Below, piece by piece: positions 1-9,543 of a stretch of DNA of 64,000 nucleotides. The stretch is from Alphaproteobacteria bacterium (GTDB lineage: Bacteria; Pseudomonadota; Alphaproteobacteria; SP197), in contig OZ245842.1 of NCBI GenBank assembly GCA_965228895.1, forward strand, positions 2,903,964 to 2,967,963. The letters are read 5' to 3'. Position numbers and translations under genes: made by a program. The notes beneath the pieces were generated by a model. It was not told where the DNA came from, did not search any database, and worked only from the letters and a program-made list of their open reading frames with translations. Position 1 is the stretch's first letter. Each line of letters begins with the position of its first letter.

Positions 1-183
1 GGCCCGCATCACGGTATCGAGCAAGAAGCTGAGGACAAACCAGGTCGCCAGGAACGCCACACATTCCAGGAGGAACGACTGGAACTTGTAGAAGAGTTCC
101 GCGATCACCAGCGCGGCCAAGCCGCCCGGCGCCTCCTTGATCAAGAATCGGCGCAAGCCTTGTGACCTGATCATCTGATGCAT
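1..183 (-). CDS. Partial CDS (N-terminal ~61 aa), hydrophobic hypothetical protein; gene continues beyond window start
   Basis: The minus-strand reading from ATG at 183 (MHQMIRSQGLRRFLIKEAPGGLAALVIAELFYKFQSFLLECVAFLATWFVLSF...) has no stop before position 1. A GGAGAGG Shine-Dalgarno lies 8-10 nt upstream. It is not in the ORF track because it is truncated. Confidence 0.35.
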   Translation of the reverse strand, partial: MHQMIRSQGLRRFLIKEAPGGLAALVIAELFYKFQSFLLECVAFLATWFVLSFLLDTVMRA

Positions 184-208
184 CGCTTTTTTCCTCTCCT
201 CAACTGAT

Positions 209-1504
209 CTAAGCGTTAGCCCAGCGCTCGACCGCCGCGCGGTCGCGCTCGCGCCCGAAGTGGACGACGCGCGGTTCAATGCTGTTGCGCGTACCGCCAC
301 CGCGCAGGGTGAAGCCGCTCGCGATCCAGGTCAGGCCATCCGGCGAATGGCGTCGACACGCCAGGTAATCGCCCCACTTGCCGTCAATCGGACCATCGGT
401 GCCGTTGCGCGTCGAACGTAACTGCCAGCCCGCCGAATAGTCGTCCCAGATGCCGACGAGGTGGCTGGGATGGACACTGCCGCCGCCCATAAAGAGTGTG
501 ATACCGACATGGCCGCGATCGTTCGGCGCGGCTTCGGGATAGGCAAACGCGATGCGCCGATTCCAGATATCCGGTTCATCAACAACGTCCTTGGTGTCTT
601 CGTCCAGACGGACGACGCGCACATAGGGCCGTGGACGTGCGGCTCCCAGACGGTTGGCCGACCACATGACGCCGATCTGCCCGTCGGCGACCCAGGCGCC
701 GGTGATGCGCGAATCACAGCGGGTCAACCAATTCCGCCCATCCGGTCCCGCCGCGCTGTACTGGCCGGCCGCCCAGAACGAGATATCGACATCGGTGACG
801 GAGACATCGGGCGAATCTTCGGGCCATGAATAGACACGCAGTTGTCGGTTCGAATTGTGGCTGACGATATGCATGACATCGCGCGCGCCCTGCACGCAAC
901 GCAGCGAGAAGTTGGTCGTCGTCTGAAAGTGCGTGTGGGTCAACTGTCCGTTGGACGCCAGTTCATCCAGCGACAAGCGAAAGACGACACACCGCGTCCA
1001 TCGGTCGTCGGAGACACGGAACAGGTTCGACCCGACATAGAGATAGTTGTTCGACAGCGCCGCGTGGTTGTAGTCGAACCACTCACCCTGCCAGGCGGCA
1101 TTGACGTTGCCGGGTTTCAGGTCCCACCAGCGCCACGTGTTGTTGCCCAGCGTCGCGCCCTGCTTCACCGCGATACGCAGGGTGTTCGTGTTGTTGGCGG
1201 TGACGTACTGCAGAATCCAGAACAGGAGGTCGCGGCCGGGGTCGTAGATCACCGTCTGATCGCAACAGAAACCGCCATCGACTGGCGGCAACAGGTTGAA
1301 CGGGCTGATGTTCGCCCAGGTTGCGCCGTTGTCGAGCGAACGCGTCGCATACCAGTTCCCGGTCAGGAGGATCTGCTGGCCGTTGTTGGCGATGCTTGGC
1401 TCGCCGACCGTCGAGGTTTGGCCGCCCGTATCCGCGTCCGCCAGTCCGACATTGCGAAACATCACGAAGTCACTCGGCGGCATCGCCTGGCCCCCCTCTG
1501 CCAA
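209..1504 (-). CDS. BNR/Asp-box repeat-containing protein (sialidase-like fold), hypothetical
   Basis: 431 aa ORF with an Asp-box motif SLDNGATW (S-x-D-x-G-x-T-W). It lies 11 nt downstream of the small basic-protein gene on the same strand. No signal peptide is evident. Confidence 0.6.
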   Translation of the reverse strand: MAEGGQAMPPSDFVMFRNVGLADADTGGQTSTVGEPSIANNGQQILLTGNWYATRSLDNGATWANISPFNLLPPVDGGFCCDQTVIYDPGRDLLFWILQYVTANNTNTLRIAVKQGATLGNNTWRWWDLKPGNVNAAWQGEWFDYNHAALSNNYLYVGSNLFRVSDDRWTRCVVFRLSLDELASNGQLTHTHFQTTTNFSLRCVQGARDVMHIVSHNSNRQLRVYSWPEDSPDVSVTDVDISFWAAGQYSAAGPDGRNWLTRCDSRITGAWVADGQIGVMWSANRLGAARPRPYVRVVRLDEDTKDVVDEPDIWNRRIAFAYPEAAPNDRGHVGITLFMGGGSVHPSHLVGIWDDYSAGWQLRSTRNGTDGPIDGKWGDYLACRRHSPDGLTWIASGFTLRGGGTRNSIEPRVVHFGRERDRAAVERWANA

Positions 1505-1515
1505 TCAAGGCGTCG

Positions 1516-1806
1516 TCAGTCGTTGCGACGCGGGCGCGCTCGTTTTTTCATTCCCAACGGTTTGTCGGCCTCGGTTTCAGGCACCTTCGGTGCGGCGACC
1601 TTGCCCTTCGGCTTGTCGTCGAGTTTCGGTCCGCCGGCGCGCCGTTTGGTGCCGATCTTTTCCTGGCGCGCCTCAAGTTCATCGGCGGCAAGGAGGTCGG
1701 CGGCCTTTGCGCGTGCGCGCACGCCGGACTTGCGCGCGCGCTTGGCCTTGCCGAGCGAACCCTCGCTCGCCCGGATCGTCGGACGTTTTCGTGTTTTCTT
1801 TGCCAT
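1516..1806 (-). CDS. Small lysine/arginine/alanine-rich basic protein (~96 aa), hypothetical
   Basis: The internal ATG at 1806 (MAKKTRKRPTIR...) is preceded by a GGGGGA SD-like motif. The 31-aa upstream extension from the ORF track was rejected. Composition is low-complexity and basic. Confidence 0.5.
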   Translation of the reverse strand: MAKKTRKRPTIRASEGSLGKAKRARKSGVRARAKAADLLAADELEARQEKIGTKRRAGGPKLDDKPKGKVAAPKVPETEADKPLGMKKRARPRRND

Positions 1807-1956
1807 GTGTCCCCCACCGCTGCGTGGCCGTGCTGACACCGCTAAAGTGTAGCCGCACACTGGCCTGAGTCCAAGCTGGCGATCCCGCGAAATGTTCAAG
1901 GTTTGCGCGGCGTTGCCGCTGTGGCAGGCTGCCGCGCTGCAACATAACGGGGTGTC

Positions 1957-2874
1957 ATGGCCGAGATGGACTTTGAGATTCTGGATCCTTCTTTCGAACG
2001 CCTTGTGAACACGAGCGCACGGGTCGAACGGTTATGGAGCCGCGGACGGTGGACCGAAGGGCCGGCCTATTTTCCGGCATTAAGGTCACTTGTCTTTAGC
2101 GACATTCCCAACGACCAGCTGCTGCGCTGGGACGAGACGACCGGCAAGACCGGCGCGCTGGTCGCCGGTGCGGGACGTTACACCAATGGCAACACGGTCG
2201 ATCGCGAAGGCCGTCTGATCAGCTGTGAGCACGGGACCCGCCGCGTCACGCGCACCGAGCACGACGGCACCTTGACGGTGCTGGTCGATAACTTTGACGG
2301 GAAGCGCTTCAACAGCCCCAACGATGTCGTCGAGAAGTCGGACGGCTCTATCTGGTTTACCGATCCCGCCTACGGCATCGATTCGAACTACGAAGGATAT
2401 GAGGCCGATCCGGAGCTGGATGGCTGCTACGTGTTTCGTCTGGACCCGCAGTCCGGCGAGTGCCGCATCGTCGCCGACGATTTCTCACGCCCCAACGGCC
2501 TTGCCTTCTCGCCCGACGAGACGAAGCTCTTTATCGTCGACAGTGGGGGCACCACGCACGGCAAGGGCGAACGGCACATGCGCGTGTTCGACGTCGGCGA
2601 TGACGGGAACCTGTCGGGCGGCGCGGTGTTCGCGACATGCACGGCGGGCGGCTTTGACGGGTTTCGCTTCGACAACCGGGGCCGCATCTGGACGAGTGCT
2701 GAGGACGGCGTGCATTGCCTGGACAGCGACGGCAACCTGTTGGGCAAGATCCTGATACCGGAGTGCGTATCCAACGTGTGTTTCGGCGGACCCAAACGCC
2801 ACCGCCTGTTCATCACCGCGACGACATCGCTCTATTCGGTTCTGCTGCCGGCGACCGGGCTTAAGACGTTCTAG
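1957..2874 (+). CDS. SMP-30/gluconolactonase/LRE-like region family hydrolase
   Basis: 305 aa with typical SGL-family residues (NGLAFSPDE, FTDP, six-bladed propeller pattern). The stop TAG lies inside the first bases of the downstream repeat element. Confidence 0.85.
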   Translation: MAEMDFEILDPSFERLVNTSARVERLWSRGRWTEGPAYFPALRSLVFSDIPNDQLLRWDETTGKTGALVAGAGRYTNGNTVDREGRLISCEHGTRRVTRTEHDGTLTVLVDNFDGKRFNSPNDVVEKSDGSIWFTDPAYGIDSNYEGYEADPELDGCYVFRLDPQSGECRIVADDFSRPNGLAFSPDETKLFIVDSGGTTHGKGERHMRVFDVGDDGNLSGGAVFATCTAGGFDGFRFDNRGRIWTSAEDGVHCLDSDGNLLGKILIPECVSNVCFGGPKRHRLFITATTSLYSVLLPATGLKTF

Positions 2875-3007
2875 AGCAGATCCCGGTTAGGTGGAACCGT
2901 TCATCGGTTCCACCTAAACACGACCCGCTCTCTATCGATGAGTAGAGCAGATTCACCCGTCTTGACGGCATCGCGAAGCGATTCCATCAAAACGGGATCT
3001 GCTCTAG
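2871..3007. repeat. MITE-like palindromic intergenic repeat, copy A (137 bp)
   Basis: Perfect 15-bp terminal inverted repeats (ctagagcagatcccg ... cgggatctgctctag) and an internal hairpin (ggtggaaccgttcatcggttccacc). A second copy at 29972-30111 is nearly identical in reverse-complement orientation. It sits between convergent genes. Confidence 0.8.
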
Positions 3008-3013
3008 GCTCGT

Positions 3014-4060
3014 TCAGTACCACTCCACCCGATGCCAACTACCGGGTCCAAGCGTACCGACCATGTTGAATGTGTCCTTGTTGGGCACCTCATAGGAGCC
3101 ACGATCAGTCCAGTCGCTGGTCTCGGACGTCATTTGCCATGTTCCGTCCTTGGCCGCGAAGGTGCCGCTGTGGCCGAACACATCCTCTTGGTAAAAAACG
3201 TAGGTCCCGTCTGCAGCGATATCCAATGTCCAGCGCCGCCAATCATTGCCTTCGAGCACGAAGAGCTCCCATAGGCCGACCACCTGGCCCTCGACCGGCC
3301 CGTCGACCGCGATCAGGGGCTCGCCAAGTTCTTTCAGTCTAACCTGCGCGTCGTAGTGGCCCATATCGGCGGCTATCCGGTACCAACGCACGGCCTCCCC
3401 GTAGTCCGGCTCAATGCCATCGCCATAATAGTAGGTGTCACCGAGGTCGAAGGGTGCGTCGTAGTGTCCCTGGTCGGCGGCAGCCTTGAGCCAGCGGATC
3501 GACTCCGCCAAGTTCACGTCAACCCCCTCGCCCATATAGTAGACCCAGCCCATCTCATATTGAGCGTCCATGTGGCCCTGCTCGGCGGCAAGCAGTGTCC
3601 AGCGCGCAGACTCGACGAGATCCAGCGGCACGCCTTCGCCGGCGTAATACATGCTGCCCAACGCGAACTGTGCCTCTGCGTGACCCTGCTCGGCGGCCTG
3701 ACGCGTCCAGTAAGCGGATTGCTTGAGGTCGACCGGTATGCTGTCGCCCCAATAGAGCATCTCGCTGTACTGAAACTGGGCGTCGGCATGGCCTTGTTCC
3801 GCGGCGGCAAGAAACCACCTCGCGGCTTCCTCAAAGTTCTGCTTGGTGCCGAAACCGTCGAAGTACAGGAAGGCAAGCTCGTACTGGGCATCCGCGTTGC
3901 CGGCTTCCGCTTCGGCCATGTATTCGGCAAAGGCGGTAGCATAATCGCCTTGATTGTAGGCCTGTTCGGCTTCAGCCATGCCAGCTTGGGCCGGCACCGA
4001 CCACGCGGCCAGAACAACGACCAGGACCCCAAAAAATCGAACAACGGGTTGCAGCATCAC
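3014..4060 (-). CDS. Sel1-like repeat (TPR-like) secreted protein with an unassigned C-terminal domain
   Basis: Start assigned to ATG at 4060 with a GGGAGG SD, giving N-terminal MLQPVVRFFGVLVVVLAAWSVPAQA, a signal-peptide-like stretch. There are at least five Sel1 repeats (AEQGHADAQF, AEQGHAEAQF, AEQGHMDAQY, ADQGHYDAPF, ADMGHYDAQ). The ~110 aa W-rich C-terminus is unassigned. Confidence 0.8.
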   Translation of the reverse strand: MMLQPVVRFFGVLVVVLAAWSVPAQAGMAEAEQAYNQGDYATAFAEYMAEAEAGNADAQYELAFLYFDGFGTKQNFEEAARWFLAAAEQGHADAQFQYSEMLYWGDSIPVDLKQSAYWTRQAAEQGHAEAQFALGSMYYAGEGVPLDLVESARWTLLAAEQGHMDAQYEMGWVYYMGEGVDVNLAESIRWLKAAADQGHYDAPFDLGDTYYYGDGIEPDYGEAVRWYRIAADMGHYDAQVRLKELGEPLIAVDGPVEGQVVGLWELFVLEGNDWRRWTLDIAADGTYVFYQEDVFGHSGTFAAKDGTWQMTSETSDWTDRGSYEVPNKDTFNMVGTLGPGSWHRVEWY

Positions 4061-4258
4061 GACCTCCCTCACCGCGTTATCGACACAATAACCGCCAGCG
4101 CGCCTGTACAACACTAGACCATCCGGAAACCTTGCGCACACGTGACATTGCGGCATACGCCCCATAAAACGGTCGCGGTGCCATAGGCAGTGTTACCGAG
4201 AACGGTAACGCGTCATTGTGGCCAGCGGGCGGCATACCGGTGGGTTAGAGGGGGCGGC

Positions 4259-4420
4259 ATGGCAGCGGGCAAGTCATCGAAGCGTTGGGTTGTCGCCGCA
4301 TGGCCGGTGACCTCGACCGGTGATGCGATGGCGTTTTCCTGGTACGTGATCCTCGCGGCCGCCGTGTCCCTCGGCGGGCTGCTGACCCTGCCCAGGACGC
4401 TCGGTCACAGGATGGATTGA
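4259..4420 (+). CDS. Possible small membrane protein (53 aa)
   Basis: ATG at 4259 preceded by agaggggg SD. One predicted TM helix (FSWYVILAAAVSLGGLLTL). The stop is 7 nt before the DUF1801 gene start. Speculative. Confidence 0.25.
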   Translation: MAAGKSSKRWVVAAWPVTSTGDAMAFSWYVILAAAVSLGGLLTLPRTLGHRMD

Positions 4421-4427
4421 TTCAGCG

Positions 4428-4847
4428 ATGGCGACTCTGAAAACCGCACGCAACGACGCCAGCGTCGATGCCTATCTCCAGACCGTCGAAAACGAGAGCC
4501 GGCGCGAGGACTGCCGGACGGTCATCGACATCATGATGCGCGTCACCGGCGAGGCACCGGCCATGTGGGGGCCCAGCATCATCGGCTTCGGCAGCTATCA
4601 CTACAGGTATGACAGCGGCCGCGAAGGCGACTTCTTCCTGACCGGTGTGGCGCCACGCAAACAGGCGCTGACCGTCTACATCATGCCGGGCTTCAGCAGC
4701 TATGACGGCCTGATAGCCAAACTCGGCAAACACAAGACCGGACGCTCCTGCCTCTACATCAGGAAGCTGGAGGATGTCGATCTAGAGCTGTTGGAAAAGC
4801 TGATCGCGAAGTCCGTTGTCTGGATGCGCGAAAAGTATCACGTCTGA
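4428..4847 (+). CDS. DUF1801 (YdhG-like) domain protein
   Basis: 139 aa. Pattern MATLKTARNDASVDAYL...CLYIRKLEDVDLELLEKLI is typical of the DUF1801 family. Confidence 0.8.
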   Translation: MATLKTARNDASVDAYLQTVENESRREDCRTVIDIMMRVTGEAPAMWGPSIIGFGSYHYRYDSGREGDFFLTGVAPRKQALTVYIMPGFSSYDGLIAKLGKHKTGRSCLYIRKLEDVDLELLEKLIAKSVVWMREKYHV

Positions 4848-4855
4848 CTGATCTC

Positions 4856-5758
4856 TTAGGCCGGCTTCCTGCCCGGCACGATAACCAGCGCGACGCCGAT
4901 GACGGTGAGCACCATGCCGGCGATGCCGATCGGCGTCAGGGTTTCGCCCAGCATGACCCAGGCCATGGCGGTCGCGGTCGGCGGCACCAGGAAAAACAGG
5001 CTGGTCATGCGCGAGGCCTGACCGCGCCGGATCATGATGGTCAAAAGCGTGATCGAGATCAGCGACAGAAAGATCGCGACATAGAGCAGCGCCAGGATCA
5101 TGTCGGTCGACCAGTTGATGGTCTGGTCTTCAAAGATCAACGCCAGCGGCGCCAAGATGGCAATCGCGACGATGAACTGAATGGTACCGCCGGTCCTGGG
5201 GTCCATGTGTGGACAGAAGCGTTTCTGGTAAAGCGTACCCGCCGTGATGCAGAGGAGCGCGACAAACGACCAGCCCATGGCCATCGGCGTGCCGAAACCA
5301 AGCTCCAGTTTCTTGGCGACGACCATGGCGACGCCGGCGAAGCCGAGCGCCAGGCCGAGCCATTGGCGCGGACCGACCCGCTCTCCCAGAAGCGGTCCCG
5401 CGACGATGGCGGTCAGAATCGGCTGCAGGCAGACGATCAGCGCCGAGACGCCGGCGCCGACACCCATCGCCATGGATACCCAGGCGCCGCCGAAATAGCC
5501 CGCCTGCATGAAGACGCCGGTCACCGCGATGTGGCCGAGCTCGCGCGTGGACTTGGGCCAAGGCGCGCGCATGGCGAAGACGATGATCAACATCAACACC
5601 GTGACGAGCGCAAAGCGCATGGTGAGAAACGTCAGTGGCCCGGCATCGCGAACGCCGATCTTGGCGGCGATGAAACCACTGGACCAGAAGATGACAAAAA
5701 GCGCCGGGATGAGGAGCGTATAGCGGTTATCGGCCAAAGCCGGGCTTGACGTGGACAT
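4856..5758 (-). CDS. EamA/DMT-family transporter
   Basis: Ten hydrophobic segments across two EamA-like halves. Start taken at ATG 5758 (MSTSSPALADNRYTLL); the upstream extension was rejected. Confidence 0.8.
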   Translation of the reverse strand: MSTSSPALADNRYTLLIPALFVIFWSSGFIAAKIGVRDAGPLTFLTMRFALVTVLMLIIVFAMRAPWPKSTRELGHIAVTGVFMQAGYFGGAWVSMAMGVGAGVSALIVCLQPILTAIVAGPLLGERVGPRQWLGLALGFAGVAMVVAKKLELGFGTPMAMGWSFVALLCITAGTLYQKRFCPHMDPRTGGTIQFIVAIAILAPLALIFEDQTINWSTDMILALLYVAIFLSLISITLLTIMIRRGQASRMTSLFFLVPPTATAMAWVMLGETLTPIGIAGMVLTVIGVALVIVPGRKPA

Positions 5759-5904
5759 GGGACCGACACCGGTTTCAAGACGGGAACGGCAATCTAGGGT
5801 GTATCGGGCCAAGAAAGAAGATGCCCCCGCCACATGGCCGCCATGCGGCAGAAAAAGGGCGCCGGGATCTCGCCCGGCGCCCCAATGTCACACGACGTCG
5901 TAGA

Positions 5905-7431
5905 TTACGACGCCGGCTCGATCGTCACTTCCTCCAGCATCATCCGGCCCAGCGGATTCTGCATGAAGCCTTGGACGTTGGACCGCGAAATGTTGCGGAA
6001 CGGGCTGTAGTAGAGATCGATCCAGTTGACGTCGTCTTTGGCCTGCGCCTGGATCTCGTAGTAGATGGCCTGACGTTTGTCAGGATCCAGCTCGACCCGG
6101 GCCGCGGCCACCATGTCGGCGACGTCCTGGTTCTCATACCAGGTGTAATAGTTGAGGTTGTCATCCATACCGACGCTGAAGGTCGACTTCTGGTCGGGAT
6201 CGATGATGTCGTTGGTCCAGTAACCGACGGTCAGATCGTAGTTGCCACTGGTCAGCTCATCCCAGAACTGGCTGGGATCGACCTTGACGATGTTCACGTC
6301 GACATCGATCTGGGCGAGCTGGTCCTTGACCAGAATGGCGGTCTGCTCCTCGACCTTGTCGCCGGCGGAGACCATATAGGTCAGCTCCAGATCCTCGATG
6401 CCTTCGGCCTCCAGCATCTCGCGTGCCTTGTCGGGATCGTAGGCATAGGTCTCGTTGTCGGGATTGTAGTGGAGCGCACCCAACGGCAGGTAGGAATTCG
6501 CCGGCGTGCCGAGCCCGAAGGTCACGACATCGACAATGGCGTTCTGGTCGACCGCCATGTGCAGCGCCTGCCTGACGGCCTTGTTGTCGAGCGGCGCGTG
6601 CGAATGGTTGACCAGCAGGTGATCCTGACGGGTCGAGGGATCCAGATGCACATTGATGTTGGGGTCGGATTCAAGGTCCGTCACGCGGTTGAACGGAATG
6701 AAGATCGCCGCATCCAACTCGCCCGCCTGTACTTTCAGAATGCGCGTGTTGTCGTCGGCGATGGCGTGCCACTCGACGCCGTCAAGCTTCGGCAGGCCCT
6801 CTTCCCAATAGTATTCGTTCTTTTCCAGAACGACCTTCACGCCGCGTTCCCATTCCTTCAGACGGAACGCGCCGGCACCGACCGGATTGGTGTTGAAGTC
6901 GTCACCCAGTTCGGTCACCGCGTGTTCCGGCACGATCGCTGCCGAGAACATGGCAAGCGTCGCGAGGAACGGCGCGGAGGGTTCGTTGAGCGTGATCGCG
7001 ACGGTCTTGTCGTCGACCGCATCGACCGACTTGATGATCTGATACATCGCGCCCTGCACGGACTCGGGATCGTCGCGCAGACGGGTCAGGCTGAACACCA
7101 CGTCGCCGGCGGTCACATCGGTGCCGTCGGAGAACTTCGCGTCGCGCAGATTGAAGGTGTAGACCAGGCCGTCATCGGAGATTGACCAGCTTTCGGCGAG
7201 GTCGGGTTCCAAGTTCACGCCGTCCATGGACCGAACCAGGAAGGCGTTCATGTTGTTCATGACCCAGATATCCAGGTTCTGGATCGTCTTGACCGGATCG
7301 AAACCGGTGCTGTCGGCATCACGGCCAATCCTGAGCACGCCGCCATCGGCGAAGGCGCTTGTCGCCGCCGCAAAGGCGAGGCCGGCGGCCAGCACCATGG
7401 CCGATGCCGCACGCATCAATCGTCGTGTCAT
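5905..7431 (-). CDS. ABC transporter substrate-binding protein, family 5 (DppA/OppA-like peptide/nickel SBP)
   Basis: Start at ATG 7431 with GGAGGA SD. N-terminal MTRRLMRAASAMVLAAGLAFAAATSAFA is a signal peptide. SBP_bac_5 architecture. It is the last gene of the peptide ABC operon. Confidence 0.9.
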   Translation of the reverse strand: MTRRLMRAASAMVLAAGLAFAAATSAFADGGVLRIGRDADSTGFDPVKTIQNLDIWVMNNMNAFLVRSMDGVNLEPDLAESWSISDDGLVYTFNLRDAKFSDGTDVTAGDVVFSLTRLRDDPESVQGAMYQIIKSVDAVDDKTVAITLNEPSAPFLATLAMFSAAIVPEHAVTELGDDFNTNPVGAGAFRLKEWERGVKVVLEKNEYYWEEGLPKLDGVEWHAIADDNTRILKVQAGELDAAIFIPFNRVTDLESDPNINVHLDPSTRQDHLLVNHSHAPLDNKAVRQALHMAVDQNAIVDVVTFGLGTPANSYLPLGALHYNPDNETYAYDPDKAREMLEAEGIEDLELTYMVSAGDKVEEQTAILVKDQLAQIDVDVNIVKVDPSQFWDELTSGNYDLTVGYWTNDIIDPDQKSTFSVGMDDNLNYYTWYENQDVADMVAAARVELDPDKRQAIYYEIQAQAKDDVNWIDLYYSPFRNISRSNVQGFMQNPLGRMMLEEVTIEPAS

Positions 7432-7555
7432 ATCTTTCCTCCCCACGGGGTCAAATCGCGGTGTGCCGGGGCGAACGCCCGCACCGCTTGTTCGAGCGTC
7501 ACAAGGCTCAGGTTGCATACTTCCACGACATACTGTCGGACGCAAAGCCCTTTGG

Positions 7556-8563
7556 CTATTCGGCGGCCGTCGACGCCTTGGCGTCGGGTGCGTGGAGATG
7601 ACAGCGCACGTCCTGTCCCCCGACCCGATAGCTCGGCGGCGGCGGATCGCTCTCGCAAATCGGCATAACGTGGGGACACCGCGGGTGGAATGGGCAGCCG
7701 GCGGGCATCTGCATCGGGCTGGGCGGCTCGCCCTTGGGCAGGTCCTCGGCCAGTCCGGCATCCGCGTCCATCACCGGAATCGCCGTGATCAACGCCTGGG
7801 TGTATGGGTGCTGGGGATTGTTGAAGACATCCTCAGACGGGCCGTATTCGACGATCTGCCCGAGATACATGACCGCGACCATCTGACACATGTGGCGCAC
7901 GACCGAGAGATCGTGGGAAATGAACACCATGGTGAGGTCGAGTTCGCGGCGCAGCTCCATGAACAGGTTCAAGATCTGCGCCTGGATCGAAACGTCGAGC
8001 GCGGAGACGGACTCATCGGCGATAATCAGGTCCGGGTTAACGGCAAGTGCGCGCGCGATACCGACGCGCTGACACTGGCCGCCACTGAGACCTGCCGGCT
8101 TGCGATCGATCAGGTCGGGTGTCAGGCCCGCATGGGTGACAAGTTCGCGCACGCGGTCGTCAATCTCCTCCTTCGGGCACAGGCGATGGACCCGCAGCAC
8201 CTCGGCAAGCGTCTGGCCCACCGTCAGTTTGGGATTCATAGAGGCGTGGGGATCCTGAAACACCATTTGCGCGCGACGGCGAAACGCGAGCAGGTCGTCG
8301 CCTTTCAGATCCAGAACCGATTGTCCATCGAAGATCACATCGCCTGACGTCGCGTCGGTCAGTCTCAGGATCGCGCGGCCCAGCGTGCTCTTGCCGCAGC
8401 CGCTTTCACCGACCAGCCCCAGGGTCTGTCCCTTCTCCAGTGTCAGCGATACGCCGTTGACCGCGCGCACGACACGATGGGGCGCGCGGACCAGGATGTC
8501 CGCGAGATCGCGCTCGAGCGGAAAGTGGACGGTGAGGTCGCGGACCTCCAGCAGCGCGGTCAT
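7556..8563 (-). CDS. Peptide ABC transporter ATP-binding protein (DppF/OppF-like)
   Basis: Walker A GESGCGKST, ABC signature LSGGQCQRV, Walker B DESVSALD and a C-terminal oligopeptide-ABC extension. The start ATGA overlaps the upstream ATPase stop. Confidence 0.9.
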   Translation of the reverse strand: MTALLEVRDLTVHFPLERDLADILVRAPHRVVRAVNGVSLTLEKGQTLGLVGESGCGKSTLGRAILRLTDATSGDVIFDGQSVLDLKGDDLLAFRRRAQMVFQDPHASMNPKLTVGQTLAEVLRVHRLCPKEEIDDRVRELVTHAGLTPDLIDRKPAGLSGGQCQRVGIARALAVNPDLIIADESVSALDVSIQAQILNLFMELRRELDLTMVFISHDLSVVRHMCQMVAVMYLGQIVEYGPSEDVFNNPQHPYTQALITAIPVMDADAGLAEDLPKGEPPSPMQMPAGCPFHPRCPHVMPICESDPPPPSYRVGGQDVRCHLHAPDAKASTAAE

Positions 8564-9543
8564 CGCCCGGGCTCCAGCTCCTGCCACTTGATGCAGGCGC
8601 TGACATGACGCTCGGCCACCGACACAAGCGGCGGCGACACGCCCTGGCATGCTGCATCACCATAGGAACAGCGCGGGTGAAACCGGCAGCCCGCGGGCAG
8701 CGTGGTCAGCGAAGGCGGCTGACCGGGGATCGACGGCAGCGGTTCATGCGGCGTCATGCCGCCGGGCTGGGAATCCGTCAGGCCCTTGGTATAGGGATGC
8801 AGCGGATGTTCCAGCAGCACCTGTTTGGGTGCGCGCTCGATGATACGGCCGGCATACATGACCGCGACGGTGTCGCAGGTCTGCGCGACGATGCCGAGAT
8901 CGTGGGTGATCAGGATGATGGCGAGGCCGGTCTGGTCGCGCAGCTCCAACAGCAGGCGCAGGATCTGCGCCTGCACGGTGACGTCAAGCGCCGTCGTCGG
9001 CTCGTCGGCGATCAGGACGGCGGGATCGCAGGCCAGCGCACCGGCGATCATCGCGCGCTGACGCATACCGCCGGAAAATTCGTGAGGATAAGACGCAATG
9101 CGCGACGCGGGATCGGGAATGCCGACCTGGCGCAGTTTTTCGATCGCCTCGCGCAGCGCTTCCTTGCGGTTCAAGCCCCTGTGCACCCGCATGGTCTCGG
9201 CGATCTGATCGCCGACCGTCATGACAGGATTCAGATGGGTGAGCGGGTTCTGAAAGATCATACCGATGCGGCTACCGCGCCGTTTGCGCATATCCGCCTC
9301 GCTCATTGTCGTCAGTTCCTCGCCGGCGAGCTTGACGGAGCCGGACACGATACCCGCGCGCCGGCTGGGCAAGAGGCGAATGATGGCGCGGCAGGTCACG
9401 GTCTTGCCGGAACCGCTCTCGCCGACCAGTCCCAACACCTCCCCTTCGTTGAGGTCGAAGGACACGCCGTCGACGGCGCGCAACACGCCATGGTCCGTCT
9501 CAAACTCCACAACGAGGTCGCGCACGTCCAGAATGGGCGCCAT
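8560..9543 (-). CDS. Peptide ABC transporter ATP-binding protein (DppD/OppD-like)
   Basis: Walker A GESGSGKT, signature FSGGMRQRA, Walker [12 protein letters not shown]. The start ATG at 9543 overlaps the permease stop (TGATG). Confidence 0.9.
   Translation of the reverse strand: MAPILDVRDLVVEFETDHGVLRAVDGVSFDLNEGEVLGLVGESGSGKTVTCRAIIRLLPSRRAGIVSGSVKLAGEELTTMSEADMRKRRGSRIGMIFQNPLTHLNPVMTVGDQIAETMRVHRGLNRKEALREAIEKLRQVGIPDPASRIASYPHEFSGGMRQRAMIAGALACDPAVLIADEPTTALDVTVQAQILRLLLELRDQTGLAIILITHDLGIVAQTCDTVAVMYAGRIIERAPKQVLLEHPLHPYTKGLTDSQPGGMTPHEPLPSIPGQPPSLTTLPAGCRFHPRCSYGDAACQGVSPPLVSVAERHVSACIKWQELEPGR

Noticed and set aside
5746-7185. 479-aa plus-strand ORF antisense to the SBP gene
   Set aside because: Entirely antisense to a well-supported SBP gene. 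It has no RBS or domain, and its composition is typical of GC-rich shadow ORFs.
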